From: Salisapilia sapeloensis CBS 127946
Taxonomy: Eukaryota > Protista > Oomycota
Direction of reading: 5' to 3'
Assembly: GCA_023334545.1 (NCBI GenBank)
Contig: JAADVB010000011.1
Location: forward strand, 1 to 64,000
DNA: 64,000 nucleotides
Shown here: positions 9,704 to 21,100 of the stretch, in pieces
How the letters are laid out: each line of letters begins with the position of its first letter
How positions within the stretch are numbered: position 1 is the stretch's first letter
Translations under genes and position numbers: made by a program
Notes under the pieces: model-generated
The model's database searches: none
The model's input: the letters and a program-made list of their open reading frames with translations, nothing else
Told to the model about the DNA's origin: nothing

Positions 9704-12700
9704 TTAGACACGACGTCGATGCCACTCGCCTTCCTCCAACACCAGTTCGCTCGTAGGCCAGTACTTTGGCTCTAGCTTGAGGGTACACAGCCTATCCTTG
9801 CCCCCTAGATCCGTGTACTTGACACGAACAGAGTCATTCGTCTCCTTGGACTTGACCACATCTAGGAACTCGTCCACACTGTTCACCTTGACGCCATCAA
9901 TCTCCTTAATCCGACTCGTTGGCGGAGGACCGTAGCGAGCTGCTGGAGAGCCAGCGTACCGGCACGAGACGTAGATACCATCCTCTTGCGAGATACTACG
10001 TTGGACAGACACAGACAGAGGCGGCGGCTGGACGAGCAAGCCTTGCCAGAACACAATTCGATTCAGCTCCGTGCTCTCCAGACGTACTGTGTCCACTTCC
10101 ACCTCCTTCTGCTGTCCATCACGTACGATCGTAAGCTTCACTTGTGGCTTCTGCGATCTTTTCTCCACTTCTCTGAACGACGTCACGGGCTTCCCATCCA
10201 CTTCCACCAGAATATCGCCGTTCTGAAGTACCTTGGACGCATGGGAGCCACCCCACCTTCTCGCAACCGTCAAAATTGTACGACGATGCGCGCCTTCCTT
10301 CTCCAACAGGTCCGCCATCTCCTGTGAGACACCGAGCTCTCGTCCTTTAGCCAATGCGATCTGCTCAAAGTCGACGCCAATGTCCCACAGCTCTGGGTTC
10401 TTGCCATCGATCAACGGTCTCGCGCTTTCCATGACAAGATCGATGGGGATGCCACGCGTAAATTCTACATCGGCCTTGCTTCCACGTCGATTCTGCTGAT
10501 AGGAGAAGGAACCCCAGAACGCCTGGACATCTCCATCGTCATTTGAAACGACGCCTCCGTCCGTACGAATGACGTCTTGGAGAGCAACCATCTCGAGATT
10601 GTGCTCTTGGTAGCGTGGAGGAGACGGAGGTGGGAGGTGCAGCCACTTAACTCCCGACACGATCGTCTGACGAGATACGAGGTCTGCGTCACCGTTGCGT
10701 CCAGCATTGCTACTGACGAGACCTACGAGCCATGCCGGATCCGACGGTTTGATCGGAATGTCCGAGACGCTACAACTCTCGACTGGTGTCGTGCCGATCT
10801 GCTGTGGATCGTACTGGACGATGGCAAAATTGTGCACTGGATGGACGAAGATGACATGCGCAGGGACGACGATGGTGGATGCAAAGGTGACCATGGCATC
10901 TCCCAGACTATCCGTCACAGTGTTCCTGTCGACGACCACGAGACCCTTGTCGGCGTTTACGATGAGACCTGTACCTCGGTAATTTGATGTGCTAAGACTA
11001 TTGACACTAAACGGTCGATCAAAGTCGACGGTGACAAGCGACTTGGCGAGTTTTGCTTCCACTGGGTTCTTCCCAGGAAGCATGGACGTCGAACCGATGA
11101 CCTCCTTCTTCCCATCTGCATCAAAAGGAGGGTCATGCGTCGTACAGTGCCATACTCCGAGCTTATCGTCTCGCTCGTACGAGTTAAAAGGAAACCAGCG
11201 ACGGTCTACGTGTACTACCTCTACCTTCTCCGATTTATCACGTAAATTCGAGAGCTTTAGGACGACACGTTGGCCATCTACACACTTGGAAAAGACCTTT
11301 TCCAGCGTTTCCAAGTCTGGTGTCGGTTCTCCATTGACAGATCGGATGATAGCTCCTCGATGCACGCGAGATCGTTGTAAAAAGTACCCTGCATCCGCTA
11401 CGTACGGCGCTCCAGGTGCCATGGCCGAGTTCCGTGCTTGCTGATACGACAGCGGGTTGATGACAGCACCTCCGATCTCGAGGAACTTGGACGGCGTGAT
11501 GGCATGGAGATCTTGTACCTGGATCGTATGCTCCATGACTTCTCCAGCTCGTTCGATTTGGATCTGAATTTCCTTGTCTACATGCGCATCCAATATCGAT
11601 TCCAACGTCACGAAACTAGTCAAGAGCTGACCATTCACACGCACAAGGACATCCCCAGGCTCCAATTTATCACTACAAGGACCTTTTGGAATCGTTTCAT
11701 TCACTACGAGCATACCGGTGTCATTTGGAGAGGTGGATCGAACGAGTTTTTCCGTTTCGGACGACACACCAAGACGCCTGAGCTCGTCAAATGGTTTGTA
11801 CTGGAAAATCGTCTGGATCGTACCGCGTGACACGAGTTCGTCCTTTTGAATGAGCTCCAACGCACGTTGAACACGGTCTAAAGGTAGATAGAAGGACGCA
11901 GAGGTGCCGATTTTCCCGCCTGCATTCAAAGCAATGGCTTCTCCGTCGCTATTGAGCACAGGAGAGCCAGAGCTACCGCCAGTCGTACCAGAGGATGCTT
12001 GTAGATAGAACGTGTTAAAGTCGTTGTAGTTGTTGCCGCCATAGTTTGGAGCGTCTCGGTCGAGACGAGCGAGCGTTCCACTGGCAATCGCCAGCTTTTC
12101 CGCTGCGTCATTCCCGACGACACGGATGTCGGTCCCGATCACGGCCTTTGCTGGAGCTAGCGGAAGAGATGGGACGGACATGTGCTTGACGTCTTTGGGA
12201 TCGAATTGGAAGAAGCCAAAGTCGTGTACTGGATCTCGGTAGATGGGAATCACACGCACTTCTTCATTGTTCTGAAAGACGGCTTCCGCGTCAATCGGAC
12301 CTGGACCAACGACATGACGGTTTGTCAGGATGATGCCTCGCTCTGCATCCACGACAAAGCCTGTAGCAGACGCATTCCCTGGCGATTCGGTGTCAAAGCA
12401 TTTCGGTGAATTCAGCTTCAAAGAAACGATTGCTGGCACGACGTTTTCCAAAGTAGTTTTCCAGTCTGCTGACGGACTTGTTCCTTGCTGCTTGGGTTCA
12501 GCAGCAAGCAATTCTGCTGCCAGACGCTCTTTTAATTGTTGCTCTATTCGAGTTGTTATTGTATATGTATAGAATACGATGAAATGTACGTGCATGTACC
12601 TTGCTCAGCTTCTTTCTGCTTTTCTTTCTTCGCTTCAGATCGTTTTCGCTGCTTTGAAGAGACGAAATACGCCAGAGCAGACGCACCGACGACAGCCACG

Positions 12701-12996
12701 GTTGCCGCTGCCACCTCTGTTAGAGCATAATCGTCAGCTCATATGTATATGGAAGTTTAACGATGCAAGGAAGGATTACTCTGCTGCTGTTTAAACTCAG
12801 CTAGAGTCGGAGTAGATGAAGAAGACGATGAATTCGTTGCAAAGGATCGCTGCAGAGCCCCTTGTCCGACCAGTGCGGCACGACGAGAGAGAGGTACGGA
12901 ACCTCTGTTCAATAGTTGGGTCTGGAGAGAGGAAGCAAGTCCATGCCGTTTCATGGAAGCACGCGCATGGCGCCCAGCGCGAGAAGCAGCCCACAT
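9704..12996 (-). CDS. Nma111/Ynm3/DEG7-type tandem HtrA serine protease with PDZ domains, with an N-terminal presequence and TM segment; 3 exons, 1057 aa
   Basis: Exons 12996-12780, 12716-12600 and 12543-9704 (introns of 63 and 56 nt, frame kept). Triad motifs TNRHVV, HDFGFF, GGSSGSPV. The second protease-like domain is degenerate (VVDRNTV, HNFAIV). PDZ repeats are present. Confidence 0.92.
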
Positions 12997-13733
12997 ACTG
13001 TCCGCTCAAGATGAAGCTGAAGTGGCAAAAATGTGAGGTCGGCTTTTTGTCCAATTAGAAATGATGACAGCAGGAGGATTGTCGTCGCGGGTAACGTTCG
13101 AGCAACATTAAGGACACGTTTTCGTCACACAAAGTTTCCGGTAACGCAGGTACATTTATGATCTTCTAGCTATGGTGGATACCATACAGTGCTTTCTACA
13201 ACGATCGATTAATACGTTTAGTGAGCGTTTGATTCAGGAAAGGTTTCTAATGTCAAAAATTTATATGGGCACGGGCTGAGTTTGCGACTTTATGTATCCA
13301 GACTATCTATTGTGACCACGTTGAGCGCATCAAAGTATGCTGCATTCTATAGTAAACAACAAAGCTTTGTTGACTGAGCAAAAGCTCAGGATCAACAAAG
13401 TAGTCAAGTCCAGGACAAAAACCACTTGAAGTTCGTCTTTAGCTACGGGTAATACTTTATCGCTGCGGATATGACTGTATCGCCATAGATCATCGAGATA
13501 TTACATTGAAGTTGACTCATTTGATGCTGCATTTCAACTTCAGCAGTCATCAAGGCAGTTGATCAAGGACTAAATTTACCGACTTATCAGGCCCCGTTCT
13601 ACTTTTTAAAAACCGTTCCTACAAAATGCCACACCCGACATATTTCGATCAAGACCACGGTGTAAAATGAGATCGTACATAGTTTGTTCCAGTCAAAGTG
13701 ACAGCCAGACTTTATATCATTTTCCTACGCAAC

Positions 13734-14924
13734 ATGCTGAGAGCGGGTACTTCAGCGAATCCAAGCGATCTAAGCGGTGCCGAGGAAGAAAAGGAACTAG
13801 AGGTTGCTCGCAATAGGGACTCTGAGAGTCGCGAGAAGGATGAATTGAGCAAAGAGGTGGAAACATCGCATGGACAGCTTTTGTGGCTCCTTTTGTATGC
13901 AGCCACTGCAGAGTGCATCACAACTTGCTTTGTGCCTGTGTGGACTAGTGGTCTCGTGCGGCTCAATGTGAGTGCTACAGCCTTGAATATCATCGGAGGT
14001 TTGATTGAGGGACTACTGGAAGGGTATCTGGTGGGTAGACCAAAGTTAGGCATGCTGCCTCCACTCGCAGCATATTTCCGAGCCTCCTTCCTTGGGTAAG
14101 TTTCATACCAAAGTCATCGTGATGTGTGACTGATACAATTTGTACAGTGTATTCACATCGTTCCCGTTCATGGTGGATCACGCAGGTGATCTAAGCGCCC
14201 ATGGCTTCCTATATGGATCTGGATACATGCTATTCACCATCTCGGCATCTTGTGTTGCATTCTTGATTGGAAGAGCGATGATACCAGCAGCACTTTCGTC
14301 CTCAGCAGTCGTCAAAGTTGTCAATACCTCGACATGGCAGCACTCTCCCTCACTGTCAGCCTACCTCATCTTCTTTGTGGCTGCCACGACACTCACCGCT
14401 GCCTTTGGTCCTCGTGGCTTCGTCCGGTACACGACGATTTACCAGCATTTGTTATGGTGTATACTAAAAGCTATGCTAGTGATCCGACCGATCCGCAATT
14501 CATAGGTCCATTGCAGGTGGCAGACGGCGAAGAACTAGTTCTAGGCATGTTCATGTCCTGCAGCGCAGTGCTTGTCGGCGCTTACATTTCCACTTACTTT
14601 CCCAACTATCCTCGTTTGTCGGATAATAACTTGCTTGCAAGTGTCGACTGGGGATGTCTAGTCTGCAATGCCATCTCGTGTCTCCTCGTGACACTAGCAT
14701 ACGGCTTCAGCCAGCTCCCACCCGCTGCACTCACACAGAACTTGCTCGTGCAAAAGTTCGTATCATCCTTCTGCGGCTCTTTATCATCTTTCAACGGCGT
14801 CATTGCAGTCGTCATGAAGCTATGGACTTCGGGTCACCGCCAAGCAGCGCTCATCAACCTCAACGTGCACATCCTGACCGGCCTCCTCTTCATCCCCTAC
14901 CTCCTGAAGAAGACATTACCATAG
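13734..14924 (+). CDS. FEX/CrcB(Fluc)-like two-domain membrane protein, 3 exons, 361 aa
   Basis: Exons 13734-14095, 14148-14426 and 14480-14924 (introns of 52 and 53 nt). There are two CrcB-like repeats: ALNIIGGL...RASFLGVFTSFPFM and LVCNAISCLL...KFVSSFCGSLSSFNGV. Compare the Fluc consensus N..G and GFCGGLTTFSTF. Confidence 0.75.
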
Positions 14925-15125
14925 CAAAACATCATACAAAATCGAGGTTCTCGATGGTCGTCAATTTTTTACAACTTCAAAGTAAAAGACCTGTCTTAAT
15001 TCATCCAATCATATCTGTTAAGAAGCTATTTTCTGTCCGAATACATGTCGCAAAACGTCTCGTAGCTGGCTCCAGTCACAAGCGATCGAGACAACAAAGT
15101 CGAAAAGCACCGAAAGGATCGAAAA

Positions 15126-16085
15126 ATGACGACACGCGTATACGTTGGCAATCTGCCCATGGACATTCGTACTCGGGAAGTCGAGGATATCTTCCACAAG
15201 GTACTTAATCTCTACACTTCTTGATTCTACCAGAAACTCATATTTCGTCATTAGTACGGTCCGATTCGTGACATTGATGTCAAATTCCCATCTCGTCCGC
15301 CTGCCTTTGCGTTTGTGGACTTTGAAGACTCGCGGGATGCGGACGATGCCATCGACGGACGCGACGGATACGAGTTTGACGGACGTCGTCTCCGTGTCGA
15401 AGCCGCTAATGCCGGTCGTCGACGTGGCGCTGGAAAATTCGGACGTAACGTCCGTGGTACGGGCGAGTACTGCGTGGAAATCTCCAACTTGCCTGAGCGA
15501 GCTTCGTGGCAAGACGTCAAGGACTACATGCGCAAGGCCGGCGATGTGCTTTTCGCTGAAGTAGATGGACGTGGACGCGGTATGTGCGAGTACTCGAGCA
15601 AGGAGGACATGCGGTACGCGATTGAAAAGCTCGATGACACCGAATTCAAGGGCCGCAACGACCGAGCTTTCATCCGTGTGCGTGAAGCCAAGGGCGGCGA
15701 CAAGGGACGCAGCCGCAGTCGCTCCAAGTCGCGCAGCCGAGAGAAGAAGAAGGATCGCAGCCGCTCGCGTAGCCGATCCAAGAGCCGTTCGCGCAGCCGT
15801 AGCCGCAGTCGCTCCAAGAGCCCTCGTGACGAGAAGGACGAGAAGGATGAGAAGGATGGGCGTGACGACCGCGACAACCACGACGACAAGGACGAGCAGG
15901 AGGACAAGGAAGACAAGGACTACAAGGAGGAGACGGCTGAGAAGGAAGAAAAGGACGTTGAAATGAAGGAGGACAAGTCGCCTGAAGACAAGTCAGCGGA
16001 AGTCGTGGAAGCCGAGGCCGACAAGGAGAAGGAGAGCGAGGAGAAGAGCGAGGAGCCGCAGGAGACCAAGGAAGAGGAGAACTAG
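15126..16085 (+). CDS. SRSF1/ASF-SF2-like SR splicing factor (RRM + pseudo-RRM + RS + acidic tail), 2 exons, 301 aa
   Basis: Exons 15126-15200 and 15255-16085 (54-nt intron). [42 protein letters not shown] (SWQDLKD motif), then RS repeats. Confidence 0.93.
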
Positions 16086-16312
16086 AAGACGTTGGCAGTG
16101 TCAGGCAGCGAGGACGACTCGATTGGAGTATCTTTATGTCGCTGCTCACCTGTTTCTCATTTGACGCTCTTTTGATTTGATTTTCCTCTGTTATGGGCCG
16201 AGAAAGCTAAGAAAGATAATAAGCGGACGGAACAATGCCGATCGGACCTTGCGATCCCCTTGATTTGACACCAGCCAACGTTGCGATGCGAATGATGCGA
16301 GCCGATTGCCGA

Positions 16313-16348
16313 TTTTCTCTCTCTCTTTCTCTCTCTTTTTCTCTCTTC
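16313..16348 (+). repeat. 36-nt pure pyrimidine (CT/TC microsatellite) tract
   Basis: ttttctctctctctttctctctctttttctctcttc lies between the convergent SR and UAP1 genes and is followed by CAG at 16357-16359. Confidence 0.85.
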
Positions 16349-16411
16349 GTCCCAATCAGACTAATCAAGGACTGCAACATGGTCCTGGGCAACACAATAG
16401 AATGCCTCTTT

Positions 16412-17997
16412 TTATTCATTCAGCACGATCGTAAGTCTCGGCGCTTCCTCTTGCAGACGAACCACGCGGTCTTGCAGTCCTTCGCCATTGTACGACACGA
16501 GCGGAGAGATTTCGATTGTTGCGTTAGCAATGTACTTGGTCTTGAACTTTTCTACGCTGTCGGCTGCAGCCGCTTGAACCAGCCACTCTTTTGCCTCAGA
16601 TACGAGCATCGCTCGTGCAGTCTCTGGAGAGTCACTCGCACTACCGACAGGGTTCTTTACAGGAGCAAACTCACTCTCTCGAGGCACGCCCAGCACTGCC
16701 ATGCGCTTCGACAATGGGAAGACGTCAAAGATAAAGCTCTCTAGCTTGACACCTGTGTTCTCCGAAGGCGTCATAGTGTTTCCATCGGCATCAGCGATCG
16801 GAATTTTCTTCTTGGCGACGTGCAGTTGGAGACTGAGGTTGGGCAGCACTGTGTTCTGGAGAAAGTCGAGCGTGTAGAAGTGGTTGCAAATGTTTGCTGC
16901 GCCAAATATGAGTTCACCGTTTTCGTCTCGACGTGCACAGTGCTCGGCATCCATCTCCGAGTACTCGACAACACAGAACTTTCCATTCTTCTTCGCGACT
17001 ACACCCACGCGTTCCTCTGCATGTGCCTTCCAGACGACCTTATTTCCACAATCTGCGTCCTGATCAATGCAGTAGCCTAGGAAGATCGGATCGGCAGCTT
17101 TGCATAATGCATTGTCGACGGAAAACGCGTGGAGGTAGCGTACTCCTTTGGACTGCAACGATGCGAGAGCACCCGACTTTTCGAGCGCTCGGTACACGCC
17201 GCCATTGCCATCGGATGCAGTCGCGAGCTTGTGAGAGTTTTCCAGCATGAGCTTGCCTGTCGTTGTGAAGCAAGGAAGTGTACCTTGCGGAAAGAAGCGG
17301 ATCTGGTCCTCGTGAAGACCAAAGTAGTCGTGGGAAGCAAAGTATCCGACTGTCTCGTCATGGTTCATGGGACTCGTCATGACGAGTACTTGGATCTGAG
17401 CTTGTGTAGAGGGTGTGCTGGCGAGACGCTGTAGCTTTACAATTCGTTCCATGAATAGTTGGAAGAGGGATTTGTGCGACGGAAGACCGATGTCGTACAT
17501 GCCCTTTGGTCCGGGATAGCCTAGACGAGTACCTTGACCTCCTGATAGAATGAGTGCCGCAACATATCCTCTGCGAATCGCATCTAGTCCTAACTCTTCC
17601 CATCGGTTCCTGTCGGAATTTGCGCTCTTGTCGAGGAGAGCGTACTCGTCCAAAGGATCGATCGAGGCGCTCGTGGTGTCTGCTGACGGCTTCATGGACG
17701 CTTCAAAGATCGATTCGAGATAGTCCAAATCCAAATCCTCTAGCTGTAGGCATAGAGAATAAAACGCTGTTCAAATCAAATAGTTGGCTGGACGCACCTG
17801 CGTGGCGAGCGTTTGTGACTCCTCGTCCGACAGCTTCCCTGCCTCATAGAACTATCACAAAGTTCATCAGTTTCCATGTCGATCAAATACCAGCAATCAT
17901 CTATTAGTTTGTGTTTTTATTGAAAGAAAGGAGCTACCTGGAGGACATGATCTTGCTTATGTGCACGTAGCTCCTCCGTCAGCTTACTCGAGATCAT
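16412..17997 (-). CDS. UAP1: UDP-N-acetylglucosamine pyrophosphorylase, 3 exons, 481 aa
   Basis: Exons 17997-17938, 17851-17798 and 17743-16412 (introns of 86 and 54 nt). LSGGQGTRLG, PKGMYDIGLPSHKSLFQ, SDGNGG, SVDNAL, VVEYSE, KLESFIFDVF, EFAPVKN. Confidence 0.96.
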
Positions 17998-18187
17998 CGT
18001 GATGTCGTTTGTGTCATGGATGCCATGCGTTCCATAAATATAGCATCAATACATCACCAAATAAAAGCAGCAGTACGGTAGTAGGTCCACCCAAAGCATT
18101 TGCGTAGTCTTTGCACTTGGTAGTCGACATACTCGGCCGTCGGACGATTTACAGCTTCCATTTGCCCATCTTCAAGTCCCAGTTGCT

Positions 18188-21100
18188 ATGCCTAGTACGA
18201 TTGAAGTACTGGCACCAATTTATCCCGATGTCGTTCGTGGTCAAAGTGTCTTTCCAGCAGTCTTCCCAGTCGATTTTCAAGTCGAGGCTGTAGAAGGGCC
18301 TACGAAGCATAAAGTGCTCGTGACATTTCCGAGAGGTCAAGACAAGCCAAAGAAAAAGAGCTATACGTGTGTGAATCCAGAAGCCCATTTGAAAAGCACT
18401 AGATGCTATGGACGTAGACTTCTCGTCGATCTAATTAAGCTACAGGATGCAAGCGTCTTTACTTTCCGAGCCACCTATGTCGTCATGGATACTACAAGAC
18501 AGCATAATACTACACAGTTGGGATCTTCTAAGTATACAGAAAAACTCGCATTGTTTCGGTTGCAATTAGACCTCGACCCCTCCGTCAATGATCGAGATAC
18601 GCGTAGTCTTCATTCGAACGTTTCTAGTCACCACGTACTATTATCTCATCTACAGTACGCTATCGGTGGAGAAGAGCATCGGCAAGTAGCGATAAAGAAG
18701 AACCGGCTACTTGAGCTTCGACAGGAGGGGATACACAATCCGTGCCATGTCGTTGGCTGTCATGTGCATCACACGGATGCAGTCTCCAAGTCAGACCATC
18801 CACTACTAAAAACAGGAAAGCTGCGACTAGCAGAGGTCTTTTTGAGTCTGGAAAAAGCGAATGAGAGCTCTCAAATGGCTATTCGAGAGGATCGAAACTA
18901 CCCCGTGCGGAACGATTCCGGCCAAAAGATACTGACAGATCTACCGGTTGTTGCCCTGCACAACATCCTACGGATGCTCCAACCTCGCCAACTCGCTGCC
19001 ATGAGTGCCGTGTGCTCTACTTTTCAGCACATCTCGTATGAAGTCGTACCAGGTCTTAAACTCGTTCTCTTCCCACATCAACAGCGTGCTTTAAAGTGGC
19101 TCATGCAGCGTGAATCTCCCAGTCTTGATCGTTTGCAGTCACTGCCGCATCCGTACGTGTATCCGAGCGATAATCATCAGTCTGGATGGCACAAAAGCAT
19201 CGATCTTGTGGACAAGAGACTTAGTGACCATCCGACACCAGCAGCGAAAGAGTTTCGAGGTGGTCTATTCTGTGATGAGCCTGGACTAGGTAAGACGATC
19301 ACGATGCTTGCACTTATTCTACGGACGAAAGGCTTGAAAGCAAAGACGAGTAACATGGAGCGTTCTCATGACATCGACCATACGCACACACGTATGCTTC
19401 GAAATAGTAGCAATCGTGGTCGAGAGGTCAACCTCGACCATCTACATCAGTGCAAGTCGACACTGATCATCGTTCCAGATCCACTTCTTGACCACTGGGA
19501 GTACCAGATGAATGAACACATCCTTCCGTCGTCCCTCACCATGTTCTTCGATCATGGTGGAGAGATTCCAGAACCGGATAAACTCGTAGATTACGACGTC
19601 GTCGTCACGGTTTTCTCTCGTCTGAATAAAGAATGGAAGTTCCGACGACCGAGCTCGGCACTGGAGATGAATGCACCAGAACGATACGGCTTTGAAGGAG
19701 CGAAGAGATACATTAATGGCGAAGTAAGCAGTGGTACGTCACCTTTACTGATGTTGCATTGGGCTCGCGTCATTGTCGATGAAGGCCATAAACTCGGTGG
19801 GACGCATCCGAATGATCAGATGCGCATGGCCCGACTGTTATATGCCGAGAGACGATGGGTCATGACTGGTACGCCGACACCCAACACGTTGGTGTCGCAA
19901 GATCTAACGCACATGCATGGGCTACTTGTCTTCTTACGTGATCGTCCATATGGTGATACCGACGGGAAAGCGTGGCGTAAGGCGATTGCGAACCCGTTTG
20001 AAGAGAACGAACCTGATGCCTTCCATCGCGTCCAGCAAGTGCTCGATCGAGTCATGCTCCGCCACACGAAAGAGTCGATTCGTCACTTGCTACCTTCTGT
20101 CGTACGTCGGATTGTCCTGATCGATCCGACGCCCACCGAGCATAAGCACTACAACACCATCGCCGGTGTCGTGCGTTTAAATCTTGTCTTAGCGAATATG
20201 GATCCAAAGAAACCTGGCATCAAGCATCCCGACAGTCTCCTTAATCCGATCAACCGAACGCATGCGATACAGGTGCTACGTAACCTCCGTTTCGCTTGCT
20301 GTGGAGGATACACACTTGTTGCGTACTTTAAAAACTCTTCTTCATTTGAGGAAGCTGTACGAGACTTTTACAAGTACGGCATGGAAGAGCCGAGCATCAT
20401 CAAGATGCGACGATACATGACTCACGTCTTGGGGGATAACGAGACGCCGTGTGAAAAGTGCGGGCGTGACTTTAAACTGCTACTTGTATTCATCTGTGGA
20501 CACCTCGTCTGTCCGGACTGTACGTGGGACCACTTTACTCAAAGTGGAAGTGCCTGCTGTGTCTGTCTTGAGCCATTTGACCCAGAAGTCGTGCAGAAGA
20601 TCCAGCCTGGCTTTGAGTATCAAGTCAAGGCCGAGACGAGTGGAAGTGGGACACAGCCACAGCAACAGCCTCAGCTGCCTCCACAAGGGCAGCAGGCAGG
20701 TAATAACAGGCCAGCGACCGGTCAGGTGCAGCCGAGAAGACAGTTAGACTTTACGCGAGACATTGACTACATCCAGGCAAGCAAACCTTTCTACGCCATC
20801 CAACGTGTACGTGAGTTGAAGAAGGAGTTCAAAAACCGACGTGGCCATGCAGGAGAGCGTACGTACTTTACCCAGCACGACCGATCTGATCGCCCGTTGA
20901 AGATCATCCTGTACTCGGATATGAAGGATCATATCTGGCATGCATACGTTGCTTTTAAGCAGCATGACATCAAGGTCGCACCGTACATGACTGGTATTCG
21001 TCCAGCGAAACGAGCCAAAGCGTTGGAAGAGTTCCGACATGATGATGATATGAATGTACTCTTGCTCACCGAGTACGGATCGCACGGTCTCGATCTGTCG

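Noticed and set aside
13357-13389. 16-bp perfect palindrome CAACAAAGCTTTGTTG plus an adjacent hairpin CTGAGC-AAAA-GCTCAG upstream of the FEX-like gene (possible fluoride-riboswitch analogue)
   Set aside because: About one 16-bp palindrome is expected by chance in 64 kb. It does not resemble the crcB riboswitch consensus and lies about 345 bp from the ATG.
13521-13553. Imperfect hairpin TTGATGCTG...CAGCAGTCATCAA upstream of the FEX-like gene
   Set aside because: The stem is short and bulged, and cannot be told from chance without covariation data.
15018-15881. 287-aa antisense ORF (and other long alternative-frame ORFs) over the SR gene
   Set aside because: This is the shadow of a GC-rich, codon-biased, repetitive RS/acidic coding strand. 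The product is low-complexity Leu/Ala/Val with no motifs.
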